In this document: positions 50,837 through 60,495 of the stretch, one piece after another
Position numbering within the stretch: position 1 is the stretch's first letter
Layout: the number at the start of each line of letters is the position of its first letter
DNA from: an uncultured Gammaproteobacteria bacterium
Lineage (GTDB): Bacteria > Patescibacteriota > Microgenomatia > UBA10105 > UBA927
Reading direction: 5' to 3'
Length of the DNA stretch: 64,000 nt
NCBI GenBank assembly: GCA_964394685.1
Contig: CAYMYO010000002.1
Location: 34,148 to 98,147, forward strand
Translations under genes and position numbers: made by a program
The notes under the pieces: generated by a model
Told to the model about the DNA's origin: nothing
Databases searched by the model: none
The model's input: only the letters and a program-made list of their open reading frames with translations

Positions 50837-51286
50837 ATGAAACAAACGAAAATGCAATCACCTATTATTATTGATGACGAGTGGAAAAACAAATATTTGC
50901 GGGCACTTGCAGATTATCAAAATCTTGTGAAACGGACTGAACAAGATGTATTTGATGTGCGTCTGTATGCAACAGAGCAATTTTTAAAAAAATTATTGCC
51001 TGTTGTTGATACGCTTGAACTTGTCGAGCATCATGTGCACAAAGAGGGACTTGCACTTGCAATGAAAGAATTACACGCAGTGTTAAACACGTATGGAGTT
51101 GAAAAAATTGATGTTGCGGGTAAACCATTTGATCCGCATATCATGGAATGTATAGAAGTTGTTGACGGAGAAAAGGATCATGTAATGAAAGTTTTGACAG
51201 ACGGGTACCGGATGCATGATAAATTGCTAAGACCATCAAAAGTACAAGTAGGTGGAGGTATAAAGGAGGAAGTATGTCTAAAATAA
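50837..51286 (+). CDS. grpE: Nucleotide exchange factor GrpE
   Basis: [15 protein letters not shown] and LLRPSKV motifs. Confidence 0.95.
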   Translation: MKQTKMQSPIIIDDEWKNKYLRALADYQNLVKRTEQDVFDVRLYATEQFLKKLLPVVDTLELVEHHVHKEGLALAMKELHAVLNTYGVEKIDVAGKPFDPHIMECIEVVDGEKDHVMKVLTDGYRMHDKLLRPSKVQVGGGIKEEVCLK

Positions 51287-53163
51287 TTGGTATTGATTTG
51301 GGTACAACGAACTCTTGTGTTGCCATCATGGAAGGCGGCAGCCCGAAAGTCATCTATTCAGCGGAAGGAAGAAATGTTTTTCCTTCTGTCGTTGACCCAA
51401 TTAAAAATATTGTCGGAGATGTTGCGAAGCGGCAGATGGTGATCCATGCAAAATCGACCGTGTATTCCGTCAAACGTCTCATGGGAAGAAAATACAGTGA
51501 TAAAAGCGTCGAGCTCGACAAAAAATTGCTTCCATATGAAATAAAGAGCGGAAAAAACGACATGGCGGTCGTTGTCGTTGAAGGAAAAGAATTCACTCCT
51601 CAGGAAATTTCTGCAAAAATACTATCTAAAATAAAGACAGATGTTGAAAAATATCTTGGAGAATCGGTCAAGCAAGCAGTAATAACCGTTCCAGCGTACT
51701 TTGACGATAGCCAGAGACAAGCAACCAAACAAGCAGGAGAAATAGCTGGTCTTGAAGTCATGCGTATCTTAAATGAACCAACCGCTGCAGCGCTTGCCTA
51801 TGGACTGGATAAGAAAAATGCCCATACCATTGCTGTTTATGATCTTGGCGGAGGAACATTTGACATATCCATCCTCGAGCTTGATCTTGATGAAAAGTCA
51901 GGCGTCTATACCGTAAAAGCAACAAATGGTGACACACACTTGGGTGGAGATGATTTCGATAAACGGATTCTTGATTATTTAGCTGATGAATTTAAAAAAG
52001 AACACGGGGTAGATTTACGGAAAGACCCTCAGGCACTGCAGCGGATCCGTGATGCAGCTGAAAAATCAAAAATAGAACTGTCAAGTTCCATGGAAGCAGA
52101 AATTAACCTTCCATTTATCACCCAAGGGAAAGACGGTCCGGTGCATTTGGTTACAAAATTAACGCGAGCAAAACTGGAATCACTTGTTGGAGATCTTATC
52201 GAAAAATCCATTGAGCCGGTGAAAAAATGTTTGAGTGACGCCAAAAAAACAGTCAAGGATATCGATGAAGTGGTGCTTGTTGGTGGAATGACCAGAATGC
52301 CAAAGGTTGTGGAAGTAGTAAAGAACTTCTTTGGCAAACAACCCAATCAGTCTGTCAATCCAGATGAGGTGGTAGCAATTGGAGCTGCTGTCCAAGCTGG
52401 TGTTCTTGCTGGAGATACGAGTTATAAAGATATTGTCCTCGTAGACGTAACACCACTCACTCTTGGACTCGAAACGCTTGGAGCCGTATCAACACCGCTT
52501 ATTCAAAGGAATACCAGTGTACCAACAAGTAAAACTGAAATATTTTCAACAGCTGCTGACAACCAAACATCTGTTGAAATTAATGTCCTTCAAGGAGAAC
52601 GGGCAATGGCAGCGGATAATAAATCGCTCGGTCGATTTATTCTTTCCGGTATTCCGCCGGCGCCGCGAGGCGTCCCGCAAATTGAAGTGACATTTGATAT
52701 CGACGCCAACGGGATTCTGAACGTTGCAGCAAAAGATAAAGCAACGGGAAAAGTAAGTACCATTAAAATCACCGGTTCTACGGGACTTTCCAAAGATGAA
52801 GTGGAGAAGATGAAAAAGGAAGCAGAGGAACATGCAGCAGAAGATTCTGAAAAGAAAGACAAAATTGAAGCAAAAAATAAAGCGGAAAATCTCATCTATG
52901 TAGCGGAAAAAACCATCAAAGATGCGGGTGATAAAGCAAAAGCAGAAGATAAAACCACTATTGAAGAAAAGATAAAGGCACTGAAAGATATTCTTGAGAC
53001 AGGTAGTAAAGAAGATTTGGAAACAAAAACCAGTGAACTCTCTGATGTAGTCCAAAAAGTGGGAGCCGCTATGTATCAAGGCCAAACACCACCGACTGAA
53101 GAGCCAAAAGCAGAAGAAAAAAAGGACGACAAAAAAGTACAAGAGGGAGAAGTGGTTAGCTAA
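51274..53163 (+). CDS. dnaK: Chaperone DnaK
   Basis: [17 protein letters not shown] and DLGGGTFD motifs. Confidence 0.99.
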   Translation: MSKIIGIDLGTTNSCVAIMEGGSPKVIYSAEGRNVFPSVVDPIKNIVGDVAKRQMVIHAKSTVYSVKRLMGRKYSDKSVELDKKLLPYEIKSGKNDMAVVVVEGKEFTPQEISAKILSKIKTDVEKYLGESVKQAVITVPAYFDDSQRQATKQAGEIAGLEVMRILNEPTAAALAYGLDKKNAHTIAVYDLGGGTFDISILELDLDEKSGVYTVKATNGDTHLGGDDFDKRILDYLADEFKKEHGVDLRKDPQALQRIRDAAEKSKIELSSSMEAEINLPFITQGKDGPVHLVTKLTRAKLESLVGDLIEKSIEPVKKCLSDAKKTVKDIDEVVLVGGMTRMPKVVEVVKNFFGKQPNQSVNPDEVVAIGAAVQAGVLAGDTSYKDIVLVDVTPLTLGLETLGAVSTPLIQRNTSVPTSKTEIFSTAADNQTSVEINVLQGERAMAADNKSLGRFILSGIPPAPRGVPQIEVTFDIDANGILNVAAKDKATGKVSTIKITGSTGLSKDEVEKMKKEAEEHAAEDSEKKDKIEAKNKAENLIYVAEKTIKDAGDKAKAEDKTTIEEKIKALKDILETGSKEDLETKTSELSDVVQKVGAAMYQGQTPPTEEPKAEEKKDDKKVQEGEVVS

Positions 53164-54047
53164 TGGCTACAAAAAGAGATTATTACGAAATCCTCGGTGT
53201 TTCAAAATCCGCTGGTGATGTGGAGATTAAACGTGCATATCGGAAACTTGCATTGGAGTGGCATCCGGACAGAAATAAAGCAGCACATGCAAATGAAAAG
53301 TTTAAGGAAATCAACGAAGCCTACGCGGTTCTTTCAGATAAAAGCAAACGAGAAACTTATGAACAATTTGGTCATACCGCCTTCGCCCCCGGTGGGGGCT
53401 ACGGGGCACGCGGCAGCGCAGGACAAGGGCCATTTACTTATTCTTATTCATCCAGTGGAGGAAGTCCATTTGGGAATGATTTTATTGACCCATTTGAAAT
53501 ATTTGAGCAATTTTTTTCGTCCAACGGACGACCAGCCTCTGGCTGGGGCGGTCGCGCTCGCAGCCATCCAGCGTATGAAATTACCATTGATTTTATGGAT
53601 GCGGTACATGGAGTAACAAAGGAAGTTATGGTTCCAAGAGGGGGAGCCGGCGAAGGGTCAGAAAGAAAAACAATCAAAATCCCAGCAGGTGTTGATACCG
53701 GATCACGCATTCGATTTGATGATTTTGACATTGTCATTGAAGTCAAACCCAATCGGCTATTCCTGCGGGAAGGGGACGATGTCATTGTTACCCACGAAAT
53801 CCCGTTTGTACGGGCAGTGATAGGGGGAATAGAAGAAGTGGAAACAATTGATAAACCCGTAAAAATCAGAATTCCGGCTGGCACGCAGCCAGGCACACTC
53901 ATCCGTCTTCGCGGTCAAGGAGTACCGCATGTTCGAGGCGGCGGTCGGGGAGATGCGTATATCAAAATACAACTGAAAATTCCGACCCATGTCACCCATG
54001 AACAACGGAAACTGTTGGAAAAATTAGACAAAACGATGCAACATTGA
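53163..54047 (+). CDS. dnaJ: DnaJ-class chaperone without zinc finger
   Basis: J-domain with HPD, G/F region and C-terminal domain; no CxxCxGxG repeats. Confidence 0.92.
   Translation: MATKRDYYEILGVSKSAGDVEIKRAYRKLALEWHPDRNKAAHANEKFKEINEAYAVLSDKSKRETYEQFGHTAFAPGGGYGARGSAGQGPFTYSYSSSGGSPFGNDFIDPFEIFEQFFSSNGRPASGWGGRARSHPAYEITIDFMDAVHGVTKEVMVPRGGAGEGSERKTIKIPAGVDTGSRIRFDDFDIVIEVKPNRLFLREGDDVIVTHEIPFVRAVIGGIEEVETIDKPVKIRIPAGTQPGTLIRLRGQGVPHVRGGGRGDAYIKIQLKIPTHVTHEQRKLLEKLDKTMQH
53377..53406. repeat. Family G element with a GC hairpin, in dnaJ
   Basis: CCGCCTTCGC[CCCCGGTGGGG]GCTACGGGG. Confidence 0.6.
53532..53546. repeat. 15-nt palindrome in frame in dnaJ (PASGW)
   Basis: CCAGCC-TCT-GGCTGG. 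Confidence 0.65.
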
Positions 54048-54122
54048 CGTGGTAGGCTCAAATCAGTATAATAGAAGTATTGTAGTAGCAAGGGAGGTGG
54101 GTAAGTAACCCGCCTTTTTTTA
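54044..54122 (+). promoter_or_regulatory. Promoter and terminator-like leader (rimP/nusA-leader type attenuator)
   Basis: TTGACG-N17-TATAAT(54067), then AGGTGGGT-AAGTA-ACCCGCCT followed by a T-run. Confidence 0.8.
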
Positions 54123-54137
54123 TAAAAAGAGGAATAT

Positions 54138-55151
54138 ATGCCGGCAACAGTCAGAAGCGAATTTTCACTTGCACTTAACCAAGTAGCAACAGAACGGGGA
54201 CTTGATCCAAAAATAGTCCTTGAGACCATTCAAGCAGCTATCCTTGCTGCGTATCGAAAAGACTATCCAACAGATGAAGTTGATACCCTAACTGCATCTG
54301 TTGATCCTGACACTGGGGAAGCAAAAATTGTCAAAGAAGGAAAAGACGTCACTCCTTCGGGATTTGGCCGTATTGCAGCGCAAACTGCAAAACAAGTTAT
54401 CCTTCAACGGATCCGCGAAGAAGAAAAACAAGCAGTACTAACGGATTATCAAACAAAAATTGGCATGATTGTTCCGGGAATGGTGCTTCGTTTTGATGGC
54501 CCTAACATCATTGTGGATATTGGTCGAACGCAGGCGGTCATGCCGGTATCTGAGCAAAATCCGGGTGAACGGTATCATTTAAATGGGCGGCTCACGTTTT
54601 ACATTGAAGGAATTCGGGAAACTCCCCGAGGAAATGAAATTATTGTCTCACGCAGCCATAAGGGACTTGTTGAAAGACTATTTCATCGGGAAGTGCCGGA
54701 AGTTGCCCAAGGAGCAGTTGAACTACGAATAGTTGTGAGAGAGGCAGGAGGAAGAACAAAAATAGCGGTATTTTCTAAACAATCAGGCGTTGACCCTGTT
54801 GGATCTTGTGTCGGGCAAAAAGGTGTTCGGGTAACAGCAGTTATTAATGAACTCGGAGGAAATGAAAAAGTAGATATCATCCAATGGAGTGATCAGCCAA
54901 AGGCATTTATTACGGCAGCTCTAGCGCCAGCAAAAGATATTGATGTAGCGCTCAATGAAGAAACGAAAATCGCAACCGTTACGGTTCCTGAAGACCAATT
55001 ATCTCTTGCTATTGGAAGAGATGGTCAAAATGTACGGCTTGCTGCAAAATTAACCGGTTGGAAAATAGATATTCAGGGGAAACCGGTCGTTGTTAAAGAG
55101 GAAAAAACTGAAACGCCAAAAACAGAAGTAGTTCCTGAAGTCCATGCATGA
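54138..55151 (+). CDS. nusA: Transcription factor NusA
   Basis: FGRIAAQTAKQVI, DPVGSCVG and LSLAIGRDGQNVRLA motifs. Confidence 0.98.
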   Translation: MPATVRSEFSLALNQVATERGLDPKIVLETIQAAILAAYRKDYPTDEVDTLTASVDPDTGEAKIVKEGKDVTPSGFGRIAAQTAKQVILQRIREEEKQAVLTDYQTKIGMIVPGMVLRFDGPNIIVDIGRTQAVMPVSEQNPGERYHLNGRLTFYIEGIRETPRGNEIIVSRSHKGLVERLFHREVPEVAQGAVELRIVVREAGGRTKIAVFSKQSGVDPVGSCVGQKGVRVTAVINELGGNEKVDIIQWSDQPKAFITAALAPAKDIDVALNEETKIATVTVPEDQLSLAIGRDGQNVRLAAKLTGWKIDIQGKPVVVKEEKTETPKTEVVPEVHA

Positions 55152-56605
55152 AAAAAAGTCAGAAGAAATCAGAAATGTCTGTAGCACGTCCGCCGATAGT
55201 TGCGGTCTTAGGTCATGTTGACCACGGAAAAACATCCCTTCTTGATTACATAAGAAAAACCCAAGTAGCTAGCCGTGAACACGGAGGAATAACTCAACAC
55301 ATTGGTGCATATCAGATTCCAGGCATTACCTTCATCGATACTCCCGGCCACGAAGCATTTGCAAAAATGCGTACCCGCGGCGCATCAGCGTCAGATATCG
55401 CCCTTCTTGTGGTAGCAGCTGATGATGGCGTGATGCCGCAAACAAAAGAATCCATCCGGATGATAACGGAAGCGGGAGTACCCATGATTGTTGTTATTAA
55501 TAAAATCGACATGGAGACAGCAAATGTCGATAAAGTCAAAAAAGATTTAGCCCGAGCCGGTGTTCAGGTGGAAGGATTCGGAGGAACAATTCCGTTTGTG
55601 TTGGTATCCGCTAAAACCGGTGCAGGAGTAAAAGATCTTCTTGAGATCATTAAACTTGTAGCTGATGAAAAGAAACTATCCAATGAGCCAATAGCTCCTC
55701 TTGAAGCAGTGGTCATTGAAACCAGAATTGATAAAGGAAAGGGACTCGTTGCAACAGTCATTGTGAAAAAAGGAACACTTCGGTTTGGAACGACACTCTA
55801 TAACGGAGTCCAACCAATAGCGAAAGTTCGGGCCATGTTTGATGAAGCAGGAGTTGGTGTATCAGAAGCTCCTCCTTCAAAACCCGTGGAAGTATTGGGA
55901 TTTACGAAACTTCCACAGGTGGGAACCAGTATCACCGACGTCATCCAACAAGAAGCAGTATTGCCGGAACAAGCTGTTCCACTTTCGCAAGAACAAACCG
56001 TGCAACAATTCCTTTCCACAATGGAACAAAAGAAAAAATTAGCAATTATTATCAAAGCAGACACATTCGGGTCTCTTGAGGCCATTTTAGAAGCACTCGG
56101 AGCGGATGTAGACATTGTGACAGCGGGTGTTGGTGATATTGCTGATCAGGATATACTCCTTGCTAAGTCTACAGGCGCGTTTATAATTGGCTTTAATGTC
56201 AAACTCAAACAGGAAATTCAGAAACTCGCGCAAATCGAAGGAGTGGTCACGCGGACATACACCATTATTTATGAACTATTGGACGAGCTTCGTGATGTGA
56301 TTGCAGGAGCAATGGAAGTCATCATGCAGGAACGGGAACTGGGAAAAGGAACGGTGATTGCTGAATTTCCTTTTGACGGGAAACGGATTGCCGGCACAAA
56401 AGTCATCTCAGGCAGAATTGCCCGCGGAGATCAGGTGAAGATTATGCGTAAAGAAGAAGAAGTGGGCATTGCAAAAATTAAGTCTGTCCGAAAAGGAAAG
56501 CTAGAGGAAACAAAAATCGAACCAGGGAACGATTGCGGTATTTTATTTGACCGTGACGTTGCGTTTGCCATAGGTGATGATATAATCGCATTCACCAACC
56601 GATGA
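55148..56605 (+). CDS. infB: Translation initiation factor IF-2 (short, no N-domain)
   Basis: RPPIVAVLGHVDHGKT, DTPGHEAF and NKID motifs. Confidence 0.97.
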   Translation: MKKSQKKSEMSVARPPIVAVLGHVDHGKTSLLDYIRKTQVASREHGGITQHIGAYQIPGITFIDTPGHEAFAKMRTRGASASDIALLVVAADDGVMPQTKESIRMITEAGVPMIVVINKIDMETANVDKVKKDLARAGVQVEGFGGTIPFVLVSAKTGAGVKDLLEIIKLVADEKKLSNEPIAPLEAVVIETRIDKGKGLVATVIVKKGTLRFGTTLYNGVQPIAKVRAMFDEAGVGVSEAPPSKPVEVLGFTKLPQVGTSITDVIQQEAVLPEQAVPLSQEQTVQQFLSTMEQKKKLAIIIKADTFGSLEAILEALGADVDIVTAGVGDIADQDILLAKSTGAFIIGFNVKLKQEIQKLAQIEGVVTRTYTIIYELLDELRDVIAGAMEVIMQERELGKGTVIAEFPFDGKRIAGTKVISGRIARGDQVKIMRKEEEVGIAKIKSVRKGKLEETKIEPGNDCGILFDRDVAFAIGDDIIAFTNR

Positions 56606-56606
56606 A

Positions 56607-56622
56607 TCCGCCAGCTGGCGGA
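56607..56622. repeat. Family C palindrome directly after the infB stop
   Basis: TCCGCCAGCTGGCGGA. Confidence 0.88.
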
Positions 56623-56642
56623 CTGCCTCCAATAAATATTGT

Positions 56643-57509
56643 ATGGATGATATTCATGAAGTAACCCAAGTGAAGTCCCTCATTGATAAAGCAAAAGATA
56701 TCCTCATTGTCACACACATGAACCCCACCTATGACAGTATAGGAAGTGCGCTTTCTCTCTATCTAGGATTGAAGGGGATCGGAAAAACCGTAACCATTGC
56801 CTGTGCGACACCAATGATAGTTGAATACTCAAGTTTTGTTGGAGCAAACAAGCTGCAAACAACAATTGCCAAAAAGAATTTTGTCATATCGCTTGACTAT
56901 GAAGACGGATCGATTGAAAAAGTCAGTTATAACATTGAAGGAAAGAAGTTTAACCTCATCATTGAACCCAGACCCGGGTTTGCCGAATTTTCTCAGGATA
57001 AGGTCATGTATAGCCATGCCGGAACTGCGGTGGACACCATCATCACTGTCGATACGAAGCATTTAGGAGGACTGGGGAAGGTCTATGAAGAAGATAAAGA
57101 ACTCTTTGCAACCCATCCGATTATAAATATTGATAGTCACGAAGATAATGCAAAATACGGAACAGTAAATATTGTCGGAAATTCCGGAACAACAGCGGAA
57201 CTCGTTGCGAGATTTCTTACAGCACTAGGAATTGTCCTCACAGAGGATATTGCAACAAATATTCTTCATGCACTCTATAAAACAACAAATTCATTCCAAA
57301 ACCACATCACAGCGCAAACATTTGAAGTAGCTGGCCTTTGTGTAAAAGCAGGAGGAAAGCAAATAGTTCCCCACCAACCAGTTCCCGAGCCCGTTCCTCC
57401 CGTATCACAACCCCAAGAACCGATAGCTCCGGTCGCACAGCCCAAAACTCAGAATCCCCCGGAAGACTGGTTAAAACCAAAGATCTTCAAAAGTTCAAAT
57501 TTGCTTTAA
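56643..57509 (+). CDS. DHH-family (NrnA-like) protein with degenerate active site
   Basis: VTHMNPTYDSIGS, TVD and INIDSH motifs; Pro-rich tail ending DWLKPKIFK. Confidence 0.75.
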   Translation: MDDIHEVTQVKSLIDKAKDILIVTHMNPTYDSIGSALSLYLGLKGIGKTVTIACATPMIVEYSSFVGANKLQTTIAKKNFVISLDYEDGSIEKVSYNIEGKKFNLIIEPRPGFAEFSQDKVMYSHAGTAVDTIITVDTKHLGGLGKVYEEDKELFATHPIINIDSHEDNAKYGTVNIVGNSGTTAELVARFLTALGIVLTEDIATNILHALYKTTNSFQNHITAQTFEVAGLCVKAGGKQIVPHQPVPEPVPPVSQPQEPIAPVAQPKTQNPPEDWLKPKIFKSSNLL

Positions 57510-57614
57510 CTATGGTAGCAAAATTAGAGGTTAATAAAAAAGGTGGATTGGAAGCCGGACAATCGCGCGTCGTTGGTAATCTTAAAATTACGGGAGCGTA
57601 ATAATATTTCTTCC

Positions 57615-57681
57615 TTGTAATTTACCTCTATTTAGTGTAAAATAGCCACATTGGAGCGTAGAAAGCTGCTCCATTTTTATT
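57615..57681 (+). promoter_or_regulatory. rpsO promoter and leader hairpin
   Basis: TTGTAA-N17-TAAAAT(57638), then TGGAGC...GCTCCA hairpin followed by TTTTTATT. Confidence 0.6.
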
Positions 57682-57689
57682 AAATAGTT

Positions 57690-58133
57690 ATGCCAAAAAC
57701 AATCAAAAAGACAGTTAAGAAAGCTGAAAAAGTTGAGAAAAAAGCGGTAAAAGCCGTCAAAAAAGAAGAGAAAAAGGCTGTTAAAAAAACCACGCCTACG
57801 CACGAGCCAGCCTCGCCGGCAGGCAGGGCTACGGCGGGCAAGGCAAAAAAAGTGACAGAACCGATTCCAGTTCCGGGTGTTGAGAAAGCACAGATTATTG
57901 AACAATATCAGGTAAAACCCGGAGATACAGGGAGTCCGGAAGTACAGATTGCACTCTTAACAAGCAGAATTGAGAAATTAGCACTTCACCTGAAAACAAA
58001 CAACAAAGATAATCATTCCAGACGGGGACTGTTGGGAATCATCAGCAAACGCCGAAGACTGTTAAACTATCTTGAAAATAAAGAAAAACCCCGGTATAAA
58101 GAAATAGCAAAAAAGTTGGGGTTAACAAAGTAA
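57690..58133 (+). CDS. rpsO: 30S ribosomal protein S15 with a Lys-rich N-terminal extension
   Basis: [13 protein letters not shown] and [10 protein letters not shown] motifs. Confidence 0.96.
   Translation: MPKTIKKTVKKAEKVEKKAVKAVKKEEKKAVKKTTPTHEPASPAGRATAGKAKKVTEPIPVPGVEKAQIIEQYQVKPGDTGSPEVQIALLTSRIEKLALHLKTNNKDNHSRRGLLGIISKRRRLLNYLENKEKPRYKEIAKKLGLTK
57793..57843. repeat. Nested element: family B palindrome inside a family G shell, in rpsO
   Basis: CGCCTACGC-ACGAG[CCAGCCTCGCCGGCAGGCAGG]GCTACGGCGGGCAAGG. Confidence 0.82.
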
Positions 58134-58158
58134 TTTTATCCTCCGCATACTTGCGGTT

Positions 58159-58267
58159 GGAGAAGATCATTGGAAGTGTGATGTCTTGAATTTTTGATAC
58201 GTTCGACGGCGCCAAGCGCCGCTCAGTATCAAGAACTCGAGTTGTCTCACTTCCCATAACTTCTTCC
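58159..58267 (+). promoter_or_regulatory. Long imperfect hairpin in the rpsO-pnp intergenic region
   Basis: GAAG..AT..GGAAGTG pairs with CACTTCC..AT..CTTC; inner stem TTGATAC/GTATCAA; apical GGCGC-CAA-GCGCC. Confidence 0.7.
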
Positions 58268-58291
58268 CCTCAGGTAGGCGAGAAATATCAT

Positions 58292-60466
58292 ATGAAACTA
58301 ACACAAAAATCCGTTGAAATCGGAAATTCAGTTATAACGCTTGAAGTAGGCAGATTTGCCGAACAGGCAAGTGCCGCAGTGGTAGCCCGCAGTGGCGACA
58401 CCATGGTACTGGCAGCTGTCACAGCCTCCAGCCGCGAAACAACACTTGATTATTTTCCACTTTCCGTTGAATACGTCGAACGGCTCTATGCAGGCGGTCG
58501 CATTAAAGGATCCCGTTGGGTAAAACGGGAAGGGCGACCAACAGATGACGCAGTACTAGCCGGTCGCGTCATTGACCGGTCTATTCGTCCTTTGTTTCCA
58601 AAAACATATAAACACGATGTGCAGGTGATTATCACCACGCTCTCTGTTGACGGAGAAAATGATCCGGATATATTGGCTCTTGTTGCAGCATCCGCTGCCA
58701 TTTCCATCTCTTCCATTCCATGGAATGGCCCAGTTGCGGCAGTCCGTGTCGGATATACCAAAGAAGAGGGGAAAGACAAAGGAGCAATTCTTATCAATCC
58801 AACCGCTCCGCAACAGGAACTCAGTGAATTTGATTTTGTTGTGTCCTCAAACGCCGAGCGCGTCATGATGCTTGAGGGAGGATTCTGCGAAACACCGGAA
58901 GACGTGGTGTTTGAAGCAGTAAGCCAAGCAAAAGTAGCCAACAAAAAGATCATTGATTGCATCAATGAGTTGGTCAAAGAAGTCGGGAAAGAAAAGGTCG
59001 TTGTTGAAGAAAAACCAACAACTGAAGAACTTGAAAAGAAACTTGCGAAAGATTTCAAAAAAGAACTTGATGTTCAGTTTAAAAAACAAACAGAAAAAGA
59101 AGGCGGCGATACGGGGTTGTCGGATCTTGCCAAGGCAATAGCGGAAAAGTATGAGCAAGAACACACCACTCCGGACATCATGGTAGCTATTGATCATATG
59201 TTCAAAAACCGCATCCGGGAAGATGTACTTCTTCACGCCAAACGCGTTGACGGACGAAAAATTGATGAAGTACGGGAACTTTCTATGGATGTAAGCCTGT
59301 TACCACGAACCCACGGAAGCGCAATGTTCAAACGAGGGCAAACACAAGTTCTCACTGTTGCGACCCTTGGATCACCTGACATGGCGCAGCTTATCGAAAG
59401 CCCGACAGGAGAAGAATCAAGACGATACATTCACCACTACAGCATGCCTCCATATTCAGTCGGGGAAACCGGACGTGTGGGAACACCAAGTAGACGCGAA
59501 ATCGGTCACGGAGCTCTTGCCGAACGGGCACTCATCTCCGTTATCCCTGATGAAACAGAATTTCCCTACACCATCAGGCTTGTATCTGAAATTATGTCAT
59601 CCAACGGGTCTACATCCATGGCATCAACCTGCGGATCAACCTTAGCGCTTATGGATGCAGGAGTTCCAATCAAAGAACCGGTAGCAGGAATTTCCGTCGG
59701 ACTCATGACAAATCCAAAAGACAAAAAAGAATTTGTGCTGTTAACCGACATCGTTGGCGTTGAAGATTTCGGTGGAGACATGGATTTTAAAGTAGCAGGA
59801 ACAAAAAATGGCATTACGGCCATACAGCTCGACATGAAAGTTGATGGAATCAGTGATGAAATCGTCAAAGGAGCACTGGATCGGGCAAAAGTAGCTCGCG
59901 CCATGATTCTTGAGAAAATGCATGTACTGATCGCTTCCTCACGACCAGCTCTTTCCCAATATGCACCAAAGGTGCAGATGGTGAAAATTCCGGTTGAACG
60001 CATTGGAGAAATCATCGGTCCCGGTGGAAAAATAATCCGACAAATTCAAACAATCACCGGAGCAGTGGTTGATGTGAAAGATGACGGATCAGTATTTATT
60101 AGTTCTGTTAAACAAGAAGCAGTGGATAAGGCAGTTGCTTGGATAGAGGGAATTACCCATGAAGTGAAAGCGGGGGAAGAATATGAGGGAGAAGTGAAAC
60201 GCATGATGGCATTTGGTGCATTTGTTGAGATACTTCCCGGAAAAGAAGGACTCGTGCATGTGTCGCAAATGTCAACCGGATTTGTACAAAATCCCGCAGA
60301 TGTTGTAGCACTTGGTCAAAAAGTAAAAGTACGGGTCATTGAAATTGATGATCAGGGACGGGTAAATCTTTCGATGTTGTTTGGCGATGATGCCGCTAAG
60401 GCACCACCACGGGAACATACGGATCGCCCACGACGGCCATTTAACCGCGGCCCAAGACGATATTAA
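58292..60466 (+). CDS. pnp: Polyribonucleotide nucleotidyltransferase (PNPase)
   Basis: RREIGHG, SNGSTSMAS and GDMDFKVAG motifs; KH and S1 domains. Confidence 0.98.
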   Translation: MKLTQKSVEIGNSVITLEVGRFAEQASAAVVARSGDTMVLAAVTASSRETTLDYFPLSVEYVERLYAGGRIKGSRWVKREGRPTDDAVLAGRVIDRSIRPLFPKTYKHDVQVIITTLSVDGENDPDILALVAASAAISISSIPWNGPVAAVRVGYTKEEGKDKGAILINPTAPQQELSEFDFVVSSNAERVMMLEGGFCETPEDVVFEAVSQAKVANKKIIDCINELVKEVGKEKVVVEEKPTTEELEKKLAKDFKKELDVQFKKQTEKEGGDTGLSDLAKAIAEKYEQEHTTPDIMVAIDHMFKNRIREDVLLHAKRVDGRKIDEVRELSMDVSLLPRTHGSAMFKRGQTQVLTVATLGSPDMAQLIESPTGEESRRYIHHYSMPPYSVGETGRVGTPSRREIGHGALAERALISVIPDETEFPYTIRLVSEIMSSNGSTSMASTCGSTLALMDAGVPIKEPVAGISVGLMTNPKDKKEFVLLTDIVGVEDFGGDMDFKVAGTKNGITAIQLDMKVDGISDEIVKGALDRAKVARAMILEKMHVLIASSRPALSQYAPKVQMVKIPVERIGEIIGPGGKIIRQIQTITGAVVDVKDDGSVFISSVKQEAVDKAVAWIEGITHEVKAGEEYEGEVKRMMAFGAFVEILPGKEGLVHVSQMSTGFVQNPADVVALGQKVKVRVIEIDDQGRVNLSMLFGDDAAKAPPREHTDRPRRPFNRGPRRY

Positions 60467-60495
60467 TCAGTTTGTGTTCATGCTATTATAGAGGT

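Noticed and set aside
57512-57601. 29-aa ORF MVAKLEVNKK...
   Set aside because: It is too short and has no recognisable motif; a gene remnant cannot be excluded.
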